From positions 1 to 51,289 of IMG/VR virus record IMGVR_UViG_3300037246_001819: a DNA stretch of 51,289 bases. One strand, written 5' to 3'. The position numbers were made by a program, and so were the translations under genes. Shown piece by piece: positions 23,911 to 34,368 of this stretch. This DNA comes from a virus. Its lineage: Duplodnaviria; Caudoviricetes. Numbering within the stretch: the first letter of the stretch is position 1; each line of letters starts with the position of its first letter. The notes beneath the pieces were generated by a model that saw nothing but the letters and a program-made list of their open reading frames with translations, was not told where the DNA came from and did no database searches.

Positions 23911-24728
23911 AACGCTGCTCCTGTCGTGTGAACGGTGCGCCCGCGAACGTACGGGCACGAATCGTAGTAGCCGCACCATTTCGGGCCACACCACCAGTCC
24001 GAGCGGCGGGCCGGCGTAAACACCCCGCTCTCGACTACCTTGGCAGCGTTCTCGAGCCGACGCGCGAAAATCTCAACGTCCACCGCGTCGCGGATCGTAG
24101 CTTGTTGCTTGAGCACCGGACCCGCCTTCAGATCGACGATGCAGTCCAACCACATCGCGGTCGGGAGCTCGCCGACCTGAGCGTACTTCGCGAGCGCGTA
24201 CATGGTGAGCTGGTCCGAGTAGTCCGCCTCACCCTGGCTCGGGCTCTTCCCCTTGGTCTTCAGGTCGCGAAGCACCGGCCCCAGTTCCTCGACGTCGATT
24301 ATGCCCACAAAATCAAACGGGTACCCTTCGCACTCGATGACCCAAGACCGCTCGACCGCGATCGGCTTTAGCAGCGGCGCCAGGTAGCCCGCGTGGAACT
24401 TGGACAGCCTGACGACCTTATCGACGGCCTCCCCGCGAACCACAGCCTCGCCCTGCTTACGCTCGTCGTTGTTCAGTCCGACCCCTTCATAGTCCCAGCG
24501 AGCAACCAGAGCGTCGCGTGCCAACTGGGCGCACTCGTCAACGCTCAGCAGATCCCCGGTGTCGATCTTTTTCTGGAGGGAATCGCGTGCAGCGTCATGC
24601 ACCGATGAGCCGACGGTCATCGCGATTGCCGGCGGGACGATCTCGCCCTCGACGTAGCGGCGCCGGTACTGCTCGCCGCACTTGTGCAGCATGTCGAGAG
24701 CCGACTGGTGGAATTGAGGCTTGCTCAT
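23907..24728 (-). CDS. PD-(D/E)xK exonuclease (RecB/Cas4-like)
   Basis: N-terminal Cys, GSSVH, GIID, DLKT, QLTMY, WCGPKWCGYYDSC. Confidence 0.9.
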   Translation of the reverse strand: MSKPQFHQSALDMLHKCGEQYRRRYVEGEIVPPAIAMTVGSSVHDAARDSLQKKIDTGDLLSVDECAQLARDALVARWDYEGVGLNNDERKQGEAVVRGEAVDKVVRLSKFHAGYLAPLLKPIAVERSWVIECEGYPFDFVGIIDVEELGPVLRDLKTKGKSPSQGEADYSDQLTMYALAKYAQVGELPTAMWLDCIVDLKAGPVLKQQATIRDAVDVEIFARRLENAAKVVESGVFTPARRSDWWCGPKWCGYYDSCPYVRGRTVHTTGAAL

Positions 24729-24976
24729 TCCTTGCTCTTCTTCTGTTCAGTGGTCGCAGATGCGCTGACCGGTGGCCACCCGACAAGCGATCGAACCATT
24801 GGGGCAAGCAGGAATAGACCGAAGCAGTGCCAAAAAGGGATTGACAAATACACGGACGGGAGCCAGTAAAAGTACGTTGGCGCAAGCCAGTTCCACACGA
24901 TCCAAAACGGAATCGCGATACAGAACGCGAATCCGATAGCCAGCGCCCAACCTATTACTGGGATGTAGTTCAGCAT
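24725..24976 (-). CDS. Small membrane protein
   Basis: Two hydrophobic segments, WIVWNW. Confidence 0.7.
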   Translation of the reverse strand: MLNYIPVIGWALAIGFAFCIAIPFWIVWNWLAPTYFYWLPSVYLSIPFWHCFGLFLLAPMVRSLVGWPPVSASATTEQKKSKE

Positions 24977-24998
24977 GCGATTACTCCGCATTGAGGCT

Positions 24999-25379
24999 TC
25001 ACAGCCCACACGCTTTCAAAACCACCACGGCGATCAAGAGCCCGAGGAACACGGCGACGCAGACCACAACGGCGAGCCCAGACTCAAGGGTTCGGCGAGA
25101 CGAGCAGCCGTAGAGTTCACGCTGGACCTCCTTGACCGTCGCGGCGATCTTCTCGGCGGTCTCGTACTCACCCTTGTCGATTCCGGAACGGATGCGTCTG
25201 ACGCGATCTTTAACTTCATCACTCTGGGAGTCGAGGAGGATGTCAAGGAGAAAGATGAGGCGCTTTGTCGTCTCCAGGTACATGCCCTTCGTGATACGTC
25301 CCATCCGTTTATCCTTTTCAGCGAGATGGATTTCAGAGAGGAGGACGTCGATCTTCACATTCATATCGGTTTTGCTCAT
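24999..25379 (-). CDS. Hypothetical protein with a C-terminal TM
   Basis: ATGA coupling; hydrophobic C-terminus. Confidence 0.65.
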   Translation of the reverse strand: MSKTDMNVKIDVLLSEIHLAEKDKRMGRITKGMYLETTKRLIFLLDILLDSQSDEVKDRVRRIRSGIDKGEYETAEKIAATVKEVQRELYGCSSRRTLESGLAVVVCVAVFLGLLIAVVVLKACGL

Positions 25380-25765
25380 GGCGTCACCGTCTCCAAGGTC
25401 CGCCCGATCATTTGCCAAAGACCAACGGCTACCAGCAAGACGAGACAAACCCCGACGATGGACGCCGCAACCAAGTTCCCCTTGTCCTTCCGGGCGGCTT
25501 TCTCTAGTATCCTGATCTGGCGCTGCTTCTCGACGGCCGGACTTAGGCTTCCTGGAACGAAATAGTCACAGACAAAACACTCGCTTCCGTTGAATACGCA
25601 CCACCCGCACGCCGGACAGAACGTCAACTTATCGCCACGAGCTGGGTACCGGCGATCTTCGCGTGGCCCGTAAATGCGATCAAGCCATTGGCGCTCTTTC
25701 TTCGTGGGCGGCTTGCGCTTCTTCATGTTGGAACGGATGCTTTTGATACTATCTTCATGCGACAT
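25376..25765 (-). CDS. Zn-ribbon protein with a C-terminal TM
   Basis: CPAC...CFVC; AAGGGG RBS. Confidence 0.65.
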   Translation of the reverse strand: MSHEDSIKSIRSNMKKRKPPTKKERQWLDRIYGPREDRRYPARGDKLTFCPACGWCVFNGSECFVCDYFVPGSLSPAVEKQRQIRILEKAARKDKGNLVAASIVGVCLVLLVAVGLWQMIGRTLETVTP

Positions 25766-25866
25766 GCTGTGCCCCTTACGTTTGCGAGACAAAAGCGCCG
25801 CCCCTACCCAATGGCACAAGCATGCTGTCAGGGCATAATGGGATCGGGGCGGCTTTCACGGAGGAA

Positions 25867-26043
25867 TTACCGCGAACTACCGTTGGCCTTGGCGGGCGCG
25901 GGCTTCATGCCCTGACGCTCGCGCACCCATAGTCGGCAGGCGAACTCGACCCGCTGGGCGATCTTCCGAGGCCCACGGATATTGGCTGGTACGAACTGCT
26001 CCAATTCGTTCGCCAAATCAGTTGGAAACTTGATTCTCGCCAT
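25867..26043 (-). CDS. Putative ribbon-helix-helix (Arc/CopG-like) regulator, 58 aa, leaderless
   Basis: MARIKFPTDLANELEQFVPANIRGPRKIAQRVEFACRLWVRE...; beta-helix-helix pattern; not in the ORF track. Confidence 0.6.
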   Translation of the reverse strand: MARIKFPTDLANELEQFVPANIRGPRKIAQRVEFACRLWVRERQGMKPAPAKANGSSR

Positions 26044-26049
26044 GAGTGG

Positions 26050-26078
26050 AGTCTACCCCACGTTTCGGTATTTGGCAA
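26050..26078 (-). promoter_or_regulatory. Sigma70-like promoter for the regulatory/replication block
   Basis: TTGCCA-17 nt-TAGACT, then 6 nt to the ATG at 26043. Confidence 0.7.
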
Positions 26079-26111
26079 ATGATCTTGTAGATATATCTGT
26101 AAGTTATTGGT

Positions 26112-29100
26112 CTACAGGCCCTTAGTCGTCGCCAGGAACCGTCTTTTGTACGCTGCCCGGGTATTGCCCTGCTCGGGCCTCGGATACTGCTCGAGGAGGT
26201 GTTCCCAGTAGACGTCTTCCAGTTGCTCCACCGTCAACGGTTGTTTGCCCAGCCATTCTAACGCTGCATCCCGCTCGTCCTGCCACCGCCCCAGCGTGTC
26301 GAAGAATGTCTCGTCTCCCTTGGCCGTCTTGACCGGCCGTGGCTTCGCCAGCGCGTCCAGCATAGGACCCGGGTCGACTTGGTAGGTTTGTAAGCCGAGT
26401 CCAAAGATGGCCGTCAAACCCAGAGCGACACCCTTGGAAATGCCGTGTTCCTCGATCGCCTCATACACGTCTCGAAGCGCGAGTGGGATGGACAAATCCA
26501 GGGGCAGGCTGGTCACCGTGACCGGTTCCCCAATGTAGCCTTCCCTCGCTGTAACATCAACGACCGCTCCGGCAGCCGGTGATAGCTTCGCCCGCAAAAA
26601 CCGTGCCAGCACGTCAACGATGTCCGATTTGCCGAACGGCTTGTCTTTGCCAGACAGATCCTGAAGCCGACCGTAAGCATCCTTTGTCTGTCCACCTGCG
26701 ACACGCGAGAGTAGCACCGTTGTCTGTGACAGGCCAAATAGCGGGTCGATCCGCGTGTTTCCGATCTTGATCTTGCCGAAGTCAGCCGACCGTGGATCGC
26801 TCTCAATTTGGACGTACTCTTCCGGTTCTCCCCCATAAAACGCGGCGAACATTTCCGCCGCGGCCATGACCATCGAGTAGAAGATCCCGAGACCGAGCGC
26901 GGTGCGGGCATATTCTTTCGCGATCGCCACCTTGACCCGGCCAGTCGCGCCTTCATGGAAAAAGGGGGCGCCGAATAACAACTGGAATCGGCTGGTGGCG
27001 TATCGTGGCGAGAAGAACACGGTAGCCAAACCGACCGCCGCTTGCTTGAACTTCCAAAGCGTGCCTCGGCCCGTGGCGCCGTTCACGAAATTCGCAAGCG
27101 CTTCGGCCTCCGCATCGCTGACCGTGCCCTTGCGGCCAACGAATGCAACCAGGGCGTCGAACATATCTGCCCGCTGCCGGTTCAGGAACGCCACGTAGGC
27201 GCGCGCAGATGCGGCAACTATGGGAATCTTCTGGGTCCAACGGCCCATGTAGGCTTCTTCCATCTTGCCGAGCACGCCCTCCAGCTCGGTCAATTCCAAG
27301 CCCGCCCGCTGATACAAAGCCCAGTTCGGCCGTTCCCGTAGCGACTCAGCAGCCGCTACGGCACCTTGCCGCGACAGCCCCGCACGGAACATTTGCGGCA
27401 GTTCCTGGACCATCTGGATCGGATGCCCGAAGTTGAAGAACCCGCCTTGTCGAGCGACCGCTGAAACATCCGCGCTGGTCAGAACGGAACGTATTGTCCT
27501 CCAGGTCTCGGCCGAGAGATCCGTCACCTTCTGGCCAGCCGAACGGTTGGCCCACTTGAACGCTTCCAGGCCGCGCATGTATGCGAGTTTGGCTTCCAGG
27601 TTCTCCTTTCTTAATCGCATGGCCTCCTTGTCGAGTGACAGGGGCTTCCGTTTCGGTTTCGGGGCGAAATCGCTGCGCGCCAGCTTCTCTTTCAATTCGG
27701 CCGTGCGATTGACCAACCGCGTCTTGAGCGACTGAAGCGCAATCTGTTCGGCCGTCTTCTTCGGTCGGGCAACCTCTTGCAGCTCCCGTAGTTGCTCCTT
27801 CCATGCGTCACGGCGAGCGCGAGCGGCAGCCAACTCGGCCGTCATCGGAGTCCTAGACGGCTTGCGGCCTGGAAACAGATCCCGCTCCTTGACTCGTCGC
27901 TCATATTCCGCGGCCGATTTCTCAACTGCCGCGATCGCCATCTTCACGCGCCGCTCATCGCTGAGTTCCCGTTGGCCAAACATCTCGTCGTACTCAGCCC
28001 GAAGTGCGTCACGGCGTTCCCGTAGGGCCGTGGCCTCATCGTCATACGGTAGGCCGGCTCTGTCTCGAATGAGTTGCGTGCCGGTCGCGAGTTGTTCTTC
28101 GAGATCGGCGATCTGATTCCTGAGTCGGGTCTTCACCCCATCGAGCGCGGATTTCAACTGGGTCACCGGGTCTGTGACCTCGAAGCCATATTTCTTCTTG
28201 GCCTCGTTCACTTCTTGGATCAGCCGCCGCTCTTCGTCGCTCGGCTCTCTGCGCTGGACCCCGGTCTTCAGCGGCGCTAGGCCAGCAACCATGTCCTGCA
28301 ACTTGCCGACCTGCTGCATCTGTCCCTTCAGGTCGCGGAGCTGGACCTTGATCTCGTCCTGATCGAGCAGCTTGTACTGCCCGTAGCCGGAGATCGCGTC
28401 CATCGCCTGCCGTCGCGTGAGGTCCGGCACGACCTCCAACAACTCAGCGTAGACCGCATCAATGAGTTCGTCGCGATCGGTAACGCCCTCAGCGACAAAC
28501 TGCTCCGCCAACTGCCTCGCGAGTTTGCCCACTGCCGGGTTATCCAAAGGTCCAGCTCGCCTAGGGGGAGCGACCCGCACGATCTCAGGGGGTTCGTCTT
28601 GGGCCGCCGGCCCCGGCTCGCTCTGGATTCTCGCTTTCGCCTTGGCTACCCGCTTCTTGAGCTTTTCGAGCGCATCCTTCGATTGAGCCTGCGCGGCTTG
28701 GTCGTCGGCCTCTTGGACATAATCGTCGAACGCTTGCTGTGTGCCGGCGATGTCGCGCTGGGTTTCCACGACCGCCGCCCGATCCTCGGCAGTCAAGTCC
28801 GTGCCTTTCGCCTTCCTGGTCTGGGCGAGCATCGGCATCAGCGTGAACGCCTCATCAGCGAGCATCTTGCGGGCGTTGAGGGCTCGCCCGGTTTCCGTTC
28901 CGACCTTCTTGTCGACGTCGTAATACTCGACCAGTTGCGATGCGAGCAGGGCTTCGGATGTCTCAGCCCGCGCGATCTCAACCGGGTCGCCCCCTTCGCG
29001 CGCGGCCTCGAGGCGTTCGATCGACTTGTCGTAGTCGTTCTGAAGCGTGATCTGCCTGTGCAGCAGCAGCGCATCTTCGAGGGCGCCCGAAACGGCGCGA

Positions 29101-30860
29101 GGTTTGGCCTGCAACTCACTCACAAGTGCGGCCGGGGCGGTGGGATCTTCCACGACAACCGCCATCGCTTCGTCCCACACATCGGAGAATGCTTGCCTAG
29201 CGGCCTCCATCGCTGGGGGCAGGCCCCGGGCAGCACGCTCTTGATCGACAATGGCGTTCTGGATGCTCGTTACGCCTGGTGGTGGTGGCGGCGCAGGTGA
29301 TCCAGGCGTGGGGGGTTCGACTACTGCCGCTTTTTCTTGGCCGCTTTCTTGACCTTGTCCAGCGTCCCGAAGACGTACGCCTTCGCCCGCTTCCCCTTTA
29401 GCCCCTTCTTTCGGGCTGATTTCTTCAGCTCCCGGTGCAGTTTCTCGGGCATCGGTGATCTCCTCTGCTGGCTTCTTTTCGCCAATTGGCGAAACTACCC
29501 CCTGTTCGTCCCGGACCTGCGCCAGTCCCCGGGCGACCGTTTCTCGGTCAGCGGCCCGTGGAACGTCCGGCATGTCCTTACGTGAAATCGCCTGACCGGC
29601 GGCCTGCTTCTCGATCAGCTTGTCGACGGGGTCGGTTGGCTGTTCGCGTTCGGCCTTGGTTGGCTGGTCAAGTGGCTCGCCGGCAAGGCGGGTGTCGATC
29701 AGGTCAACAATCGCCCGCGAACCAGCACTGGTCTTGTACTGACCCGCGTGCCGCTTGCGCAGCGTGACCATCCCATCGGGCTCGAGTTGCCCCACAAAGC
29801 GGCGCAGCTCGGCGTGCTCACGCATCAGCGTCCGGGCGTCACGGGCAACGCCGGTAAGTTCGTCAGCGGTCTTCGAGCCGACAAACTCGCCCTTGTAGAA
29901 TTTGCGCATCGACCGGTAGCCCGCGAATGACGGCGGGATCAGCATGGCGATGACTATGTCTGTTTCGTCGCCGCCGCCAGCCGCTGCCAGACCGCCGAAG
30001 ATGCTTGACTCGGCCGCGACCTTGCCGGCCTTGCCCGCGAGCGACTTAGCCGGGATCGCCCCGATGCCCTGCAACGCGCCACCCATCGCCAGCCCGGCGC
30101 CAGGGGTTCCGCCGTTGACCAGGTTCTCAATCTCGAACGCCAGCGGCGTCTTCCAACTCTCTGATATGAACTTGGGAATGTACTTTCTTGTGACCAGTAT
30201 TTGGAGAATAGCGCTCCCCAGGCCGATGACGGTGTCGCCCACCTTCTCGGGTATGGTCTCGGCCGGCGGGATTTCCAAATCCCAGCGGCCACGTTGGTCG
30301 TGCAGCTTCGTCTTCTCGGCGTCGACGTACGACTGGCCCAGATAGGCTTTGGCTTCGCCGCCCAGACGCAGCAGCCAGCGCACACCGGGGCTGATTTCTT
30401 TGTCGCCCTTTTCGGCACGCATCTCTTGCAGCATCTGGTCGACTTCGCGGTTAGCGTAGATTCGCTGGATCTGCCAGCCGCGCATCCGGGCTTCGATCGT
30501 GCTGGGGCGCAAGTTCTCGGCGGCACCCAGCGGGATGTTCGCGACGTCCTTAACCAAGCGGTCGGCGTACGCACCAACCGCAGTGTCTGGCATTCCGCTG
30601 GGCTTCAACGGTGGATAGAGTTGACCGCCGGCGCCCGGTAGCGGGCCTGCCAACTGCTCAGGCGGGACGTCCGTGCTACCGCGTTGCCACGGGAACATCG
30701 CCGGCCGCCGTGCCGGTGGCTTCAGAAGTTCGTCGGCCTGGTCGAGCAGGGCGTCGCCGAGCTTGAGCAGGTCAGCGTCATTGATCGCACCCAGATCGGC
30801 GAGAGCGGCATCCGATGCACTCAGCAGCTCGGCGTCGCTTATCGTCGTCATCTGCGTCAC
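26112..30860 (-). CDS. Large internal virion (DNA ejection) protein
   Basis: 1582 aa, helical; last gene of the virion block; DPRSADFGKIKIG motif; function from synteny. Confidence 0.7.
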   Translation of the reverse strand: MTQMTTISDAELLSASDAALADLGAINDADLLKLGDALLDQADELLKPPARRPAMFPWQRGSTDVPPEQLAGPLPGAGGQLYPPLKPSGMPDTAVGAYADRLVKDVANIPLGAAENLRPSTIEARMRGWQIQRIYANREVDQMLQEMRAEKGDKEISPGVRWLLRLGGEAKAYLGQSYVDAEKTKLHDQRGRWDLEIPPAETIPEKVGDTVIGLGSAILQILVTRKYIPKFISESWKTPLAFEIENLVNGGTPGAGLAMGGALQGIGAIPAKSLAGKAGKVAAESSIFGGLAAAGGGDETDIVIAMLIPPSFAGYRSMRKFYKGEFVGSKTADELTGVARDARTLMREHAELRRFVGQLEPDGMVTLRKRHAGQYKTSAGSRAIVDLIDTRLAGEPLDQPTKAEREQPTDPVDKLIEKQAAGQAISRKDMPDVPRAADRETVARGLAQVRDEQGVVSPIGEKKPAEEITDARETAPGAEEISPKEGAKGEAGEGVRLRDAGQGQESGQEKAAVVEPPTPGSPAPPPPPGVTSIQNAIVDQERAARGLPPAMEAARQAFSDVWDEAMAVVVEDPTAPAALVSELQAKPRAVSGALEDALLLHRQITLQNDYDKSIERLEAAREGGDPVEIARAETSEALLASQLVEYYDVDKKVGTETGRALNARKMLADEAFTLMPMLAQTRKAKGTDLTAEDRAAVVETQRDIAGTQQAFDDYVQEADDQAAQAQSKDALEKLKKRVAKAKARIQSEPGPAAQDEPPEIVRVAPPRRAGPLDNPAVGKLARQLAEQFVAEGVTDRDELIDAVYAELLEVVPDLTRRQAMDAISGYGQYKLLDQDEIKVQLRDLKGQMQQVGKLQDMVAGLAPLKTGVQRREPSDEERRLIQEVNEAKKKYGFEVTDPVTQLKSALDGVKTRLRNQIADLEEQLATGTQLIRDRAGLPYDDEATALRERRDALRAEYDEMFGQRELSDERRVKMAIAAVEKSAAEYERRVKERDLFPGRKPSRTPMTAELAAARARRDAWKEQLRELQEVARPKKTAEQIALQSLKTRLVNRTAELKEKLARSDFAPKPKRKPLSLDKEAMRLRKENLEAKLAYMRGLEAFKWANRSAGQKVTDLSAETWRTIRSVLTSADVSAVARQGGFFNFGHPIQMVQELPQMFRAGLSRQGAVAAAESLRERPNWALYQRAGLELTELEGVLGKMEEAYMGRWTQKIPIVAASARAYVAFLNRQRADMFDALVAFVGRKGTVSDAEAEALANFVNGATGRGTLWKFKQAAVGLATVFFSPRYATSRFQLLFGAPFFHEGATGRVKVAIAKEYARTALGLGIFYSMVMAAAEMFAAFYGGEPEEYVQIESDPRSADFGKIKIGNTRIDPLFGLSQTTVLLSRVAGGQTKDAYGRLQDLSGKDKPFGKSDIVDVLARFLRAKLSPAAGAVVDVTAREGYIGEPVTVTSLPLDLSIPLALRDVYEAIEEHGISKGVALGLTAIFGLGLQTYQVDPGPMLDALAKPRPVKTAKGDETFFDTLGRWQDERDAALEWLGKQPLTVEQLEDVYWEHLLEQYPRPEQGNTRAAYKRRFLATTKGL
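29477..29494. promoter_or_regulatory. 18-bp palindrome, copy 7 (inside the 1582-aa CDS)
   Basis: Exact; encodes SPIGE in a low-complexity linker. Confidence 0.9.
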
Positions 30861-32392
30861 GGGGTCGCCCCCGCAAGCACGTCACGCGCGGCCTGCAACA
30901 CGTTGCGCTCTTCTGGCGTGATCTGCCCGCCAGCGTGTCGCTTAGCCAGCAGTTCACGGATGGTCCGTCGGGCTTCGTCAACCGCTGGGGATGCGGGAGT
31001 CGGTTGGGGCGTCTCCGGCTGTGGGGTTTCGAGCAGTTGGTACGCCTGCTGGAAGGATTTTTCCTCTTCAGGTGTTAGCTGCTCGCCCCGCTCCCGTTTT
31101 CGTCGGAACTGTGCGATTATCTGCTCTGCCGCTTTCTGCACCTTCGCGAAGTCTTCGGGTTGGTACGACTGACGTGCCCGCTGATCCGCTCGCTGGGTTA
31201 CTGCCCGGTCTTCCCGGCTGACCCGCGGGCCTTGCGTCGGAGGCGCGGTGGAACGCTCGCGGCCCTGTATCAGCGCCTCTATCCTTTTGGCGATCTCGGC
31301 TTCATCCCTGATCGGTTCCCACTCGCCGGTTTCCTCATTTTCAACTTGGATGTTTCTCACCACTTTGTCGGCCCATGTGTAGACCTTGCCGACGTCTGCC
31401 CCATCGTCATCCGGCGTCCAGGTCGTGACGCGTTCATAGCTCCCGTCTTGGTTGTAATAAACCCTGTCAAAACCGCCATCCGGATTCTGAAATATCTCGG
31501 TCCGTTTTTCTCGGTCCTCACGGATCGCGGCTCGATCAGGCTGCGTTTTCACCAGGGCATTTCGGACATCGGCAAACGCTTCCTTGGCCGTTGCCTGTGT
31601 TTGCTTGGCCCAACCCCCTTGCGTCAGCCCATCGGGAATGCCGTGGCCCTGCTGTGCAGCGCTCGCAATAACTTCGGCCTCACGGAAACGAGCGAGAGCT
31701 TGTCCAACCTCCGAGTTCGGTTGGGTCTGAGCGTAGGTCTGAGCCGCCCGTAATATCTGCCCTTGTTCTTCTGCCTGTCTCACCACTTGCAACTGTCGGG
31801 CTTGATCCTGGGCCTGCCGCTGCTGTCCGAACGCTATCCCGTACTCCTGCCACGTTCCATAGCCAGTGCCAGCCGCGCCACCGCCCGCTGTCCAGTTTGC
31901 CTCTAATACATCGGGAGGAAGGCCGGTCTTCCTGGTCCAGTGCTGATACTGCGCCCTAGCAAAGGCCGGCTCATTCGCGAGCTTATTCCGCGCTATTTCG
32001 AGCTTCCGCTGGTACTGGACGATCGTCGTGTCTGCCGGGACCGTGCCGTTGGCGATCTCGAGATCAAGTGCCGGCCTAATTTGCTGCTCCGTCATGCCGA
32101 AGTAGCGCAGGTAGGCCGTGTCGTAGAGCCGCTGGTTTGACTGCTCGAACTGTTGCTGCTGCTGGGCCAGCCCGGCCTCGAACTGCTGAGCCTGCTGATA
32201 CGCAGCGGCACCCTGGCGCAGACCGGACATTCCCGACTGAAACGACTGCTGGGCCTGGGCCGACCACTGAAGGGCGGACTGGTCCTGCTGCACCGCAACC
32301 TGGTGTGCCATCTGGCGACGCTGCCCCCAAAACGAACTCGCGACCTGGAGGAACGGCGTCGGTTCGTAACTGAGATTGATCGGCGGTGGCAT
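30857..32392 (-). CDS. Putative ejection/internal virion protein
   Basis: 511 aa, Gln/Ala-rich; synteny. Confidence 0.65.
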   Translation of the reverse strand: MPPPINLSYEPTPFLQVASSFWGQRRQMAHQVAVQQDQSALQWSAQAQQSFQSGMSGLRQGAAAYQQAQQFEAGLAQQQQQFEQSNQRLYDTAYLRYFGMTEQQIRPALDLEIANGTVPADTTIVQYQRKLEIARNKLANEPAFARAQYQHWTRKTGLPPDVLEANWTAGGGAAGTGYGTWQEYGIAFGQQRQAQDQARQLQVVRQAEEQGQILRAAQTYAQTQPNSEVGQALARFREAEVIASAAQQGHGIPDGLTQGGWAKQTQATAKEAFADVRNALVKTQPDRAAIREDREKRTEIFQNPDGGFDRVYYNQDGSYERVTTWTPDDDGADVGKVYTWADKVVRNIQVENEETGEWEPIRDEAEIAKRIEALIQGRERSTAPPTQGPRVSREDRAVTQRADQRARQSYQPEDFAKVQKAAEQIIAQFRRKRERGEQLTPEEEKSFQQAYQLLETPQPETPQPTPASPAVDEARRTIRELLAKRHAGGQITPEERNVLQAARDVLAGATP

Positions 32393-32406
32393 CAGGTGTC
32401 CTTTGC

Positions 32407-33435
32407 TTAAAAGCCCCCCATGCCGAACGCGCTGCCCACAACGTTGGCTGCCATGCCAGCGTACTGTTGGAACTGCTGCATTCCGCTCGGCCCGTAATCG
32501 GGCACCGGGTAGCTACCAGGACCTTGCGCGCCTGCAAGTTGCAGGTTCATCTGCGACGGGTAGCCGATGTTCACGTTCCCCACCGTATTCAGGTAATCGC
32601 CGCTCAGGCCGGCGAACATATTCATTTGCCCGCCGAAGAGTGATTGGTACGCGCCCAGTTGGTCGCCGCTCAGCCCGGTCATCAGGTTCAGCTGGTTCGC
32701 CATCATTCCCTCCTGCATGCCAAGCTGGCCCAGCCCCATCCGTTCCCTCGCGCCGAGCGCCTGCTGGCCCAGCCCCATCTGAGCACCCAACGCCTGCCCG
32801 GTGAGTTGCGACCTGACGTTGATGTTCTCGCGACGCAAGCCTTCTTCGAGCCTGCCGAGTTCGGCGCCTTTTTCGCGCTGGACGCCCGCCTCAACCGACG
32901 CGCCGACCGTGCTGCCACCAAACCCGCGAGCCGACAAAGCCTGTTGACGCTGTGTGCTCACATCGCCGTAGCGGCGGTCGATGTCCTTCCGTGCCTGCTC
33001 ACCAAGCCCCTCAAGCTTCGCGGTGATATCGCGTGTGCGTTGGTCGAACTGTTCGCCGAACTTGCTGGCCTGGTCTTCATAGCCGCGCTCCAACGCCCCC
33101 CGCATAATGCCGTACCCCCCCATGATTTGCTGTTCACGCATGCCGAACTCCCCGAGCGCCCCGGCCGTGCGACCGGCGGCCTGCCCGAGAATCCCCTCCA
33201 TGCCGGCACCGAAGGCGCCCATGCCCGCCTCAAAGCGGCTGCCCGCGATGTCCTTTGTCTCGCCGTAGATTTCCTCTGCGCGCCCGCGAGCTCGCCGTTG
33301 CTGCCACCATTGCCCAGCAGCGAGCCCCAGCGGTAGGCCGTAGTTCAACAGGTTTTGCCACATTTCCGGCTCTTGCGTCTCGTCATCCCCGCCCCAAAAC
33401 ACGGGGCCTGCCACTGCATCCCAGACGTTGCTCAT
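32407..33435 (-). CDS. Putative ejection/pilot protein
   Basis: 342 aa, Gly/Gln/Ala/Met-rich; synteny. Confidence 0.65.
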   Translation of the reverse strand: MSNVWDAVAGPVFWGGDDETQEPEMWQNLLNYGLPLGLAAGQWWQQRRARGRAEEIYGETKDIAGSRFEAGMGAFGAGMEGILGQAAGRTAGALGEFGMREQQIMGGYGIMRGALERGYEDQASKFGEQFDQRTRDITAKLEGLGEQARKDIDRRYGDVSTQRQQALSARGFGGSTVGASVEAGVQREKGAELGRLEEGLRRENINVRSQLTGQALGAQMGLGQQALGARERMGLGQLGMQEGMMANQLNLMTGLSGDQLGAYQSLFGGQMNMFAGLSGDYLNTVGNVNIGYPSQMNLQLAGAQGPGSYPVPDYGPSGMQQFQQYAGMAANVVGSAFGMGGF

Positions 33436-33444
33436 CTCGTTCTC

Positions 33445-34359
33445 CTATGGACGCACGAACAGCATCATAACCGACAGATCCTCCGCGTCGCCGTTCGACC
33501 CAACCACCGCCAGGTTAATCTCCAGCGCCTCGTTGTTCTGAAGGTCGTACTGGGCTGAGTCGACGTTCACGAGCCCGTTGTGGACCCAAGCCGTGCCGAC
33601 TTGGATTCCGTTCCCGCCATCGGCGTCCGACACCGCAACCGCGTTCACCTTCACGTTGAGCTTCGGTTGGTTCGCGCCCGTGTCGTCGGTCTTGTGCTGC
33701 ATCGCAAAATGCACCAAGTACATCGCCGGGCCAAGGTTGCGGTAGGCCCGCCCGTCGATCGTGTCGAGCAGGTCGGCCACCCCGCCGTCGTAGTTGCCAC
33801 TGATGAAGAAGTTAAGCGGGAACAGCATCTCGGGCTGGCCGACCGCCAAAGCCGTCAGATCATCGCCCACGTCGAACGGCGCCCCATTCAGATCAAAGCT
33901 CGTGTTGCCGACGATGGCGTCCACCACGCCGTAGAACGTCCCGCTCGCATCGGTGTAGCGGATCGGCATTCCAACCGCCAGATCGGTCGTGTCGCTCATG
34001 GTGATCTGGCTGCTGCTCGCCGGCGTGGCGGTGTACTTGCTGGTCGCGATCGGTGTCCAGCGTTCCAGCGTGTTCGCCAGCTCCCGAGCCGCCTGCTCGG
34101 TCGGCAGCTTGGTATCGACACCCGGGGTCGCGACGCTGGTTGAGAGCGGGAGCCCGTCTTTGAGCAGCCGCGTAGTCGCATTCCACTGGGGCACACTATT
34201 CTCGGTCGTGGCCGCCGGGCCGACGATAATCTTGCGCAGCGTCTCGTGGTCGGACATCTCGACCTTCTTGTTGACGCCCGAAACGACAACGTGCATCAAG
34301 TCGGTCGCGCCGATCGCCGAGTCTTCCTTGCTGAGTTCGCTGATCTTTTTAACTGCCAT
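33445..34359 (-). CDS. Virion fibre/appendage protein
   Basis: MAVKKISEL N-terminus; beta-rich. Confidence 0.65.
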   Translation of the reverse strand: MAVKKISELSKEDSAIGATDLMHVVVSGVNKKVEMSDHETLRKIIVGPAATTENSVPQWNATTRLLKDGLPLSTSVATPGVDTKLPTEQAARELANTLERWTPIATSKYTATPASSSQITMSDTTDLAVGMPIRYTDASGTFYGVVDAIVGNTSFDLNGAPFDVGDDLTALAVGQPEMLFPLNFFISGNYDGGVADLLDTIDGRAYRNLGPAMYLVHFAMQHKTDDTGANQPKLNVKVNAVAVSDADGGNGIQVGTAWVHNGLVNVDSAQYDLQNNEALEINLAVVGSNGDAEDLSVMMLFVRP

Positions 34360-34368
34360 GATCTATCC

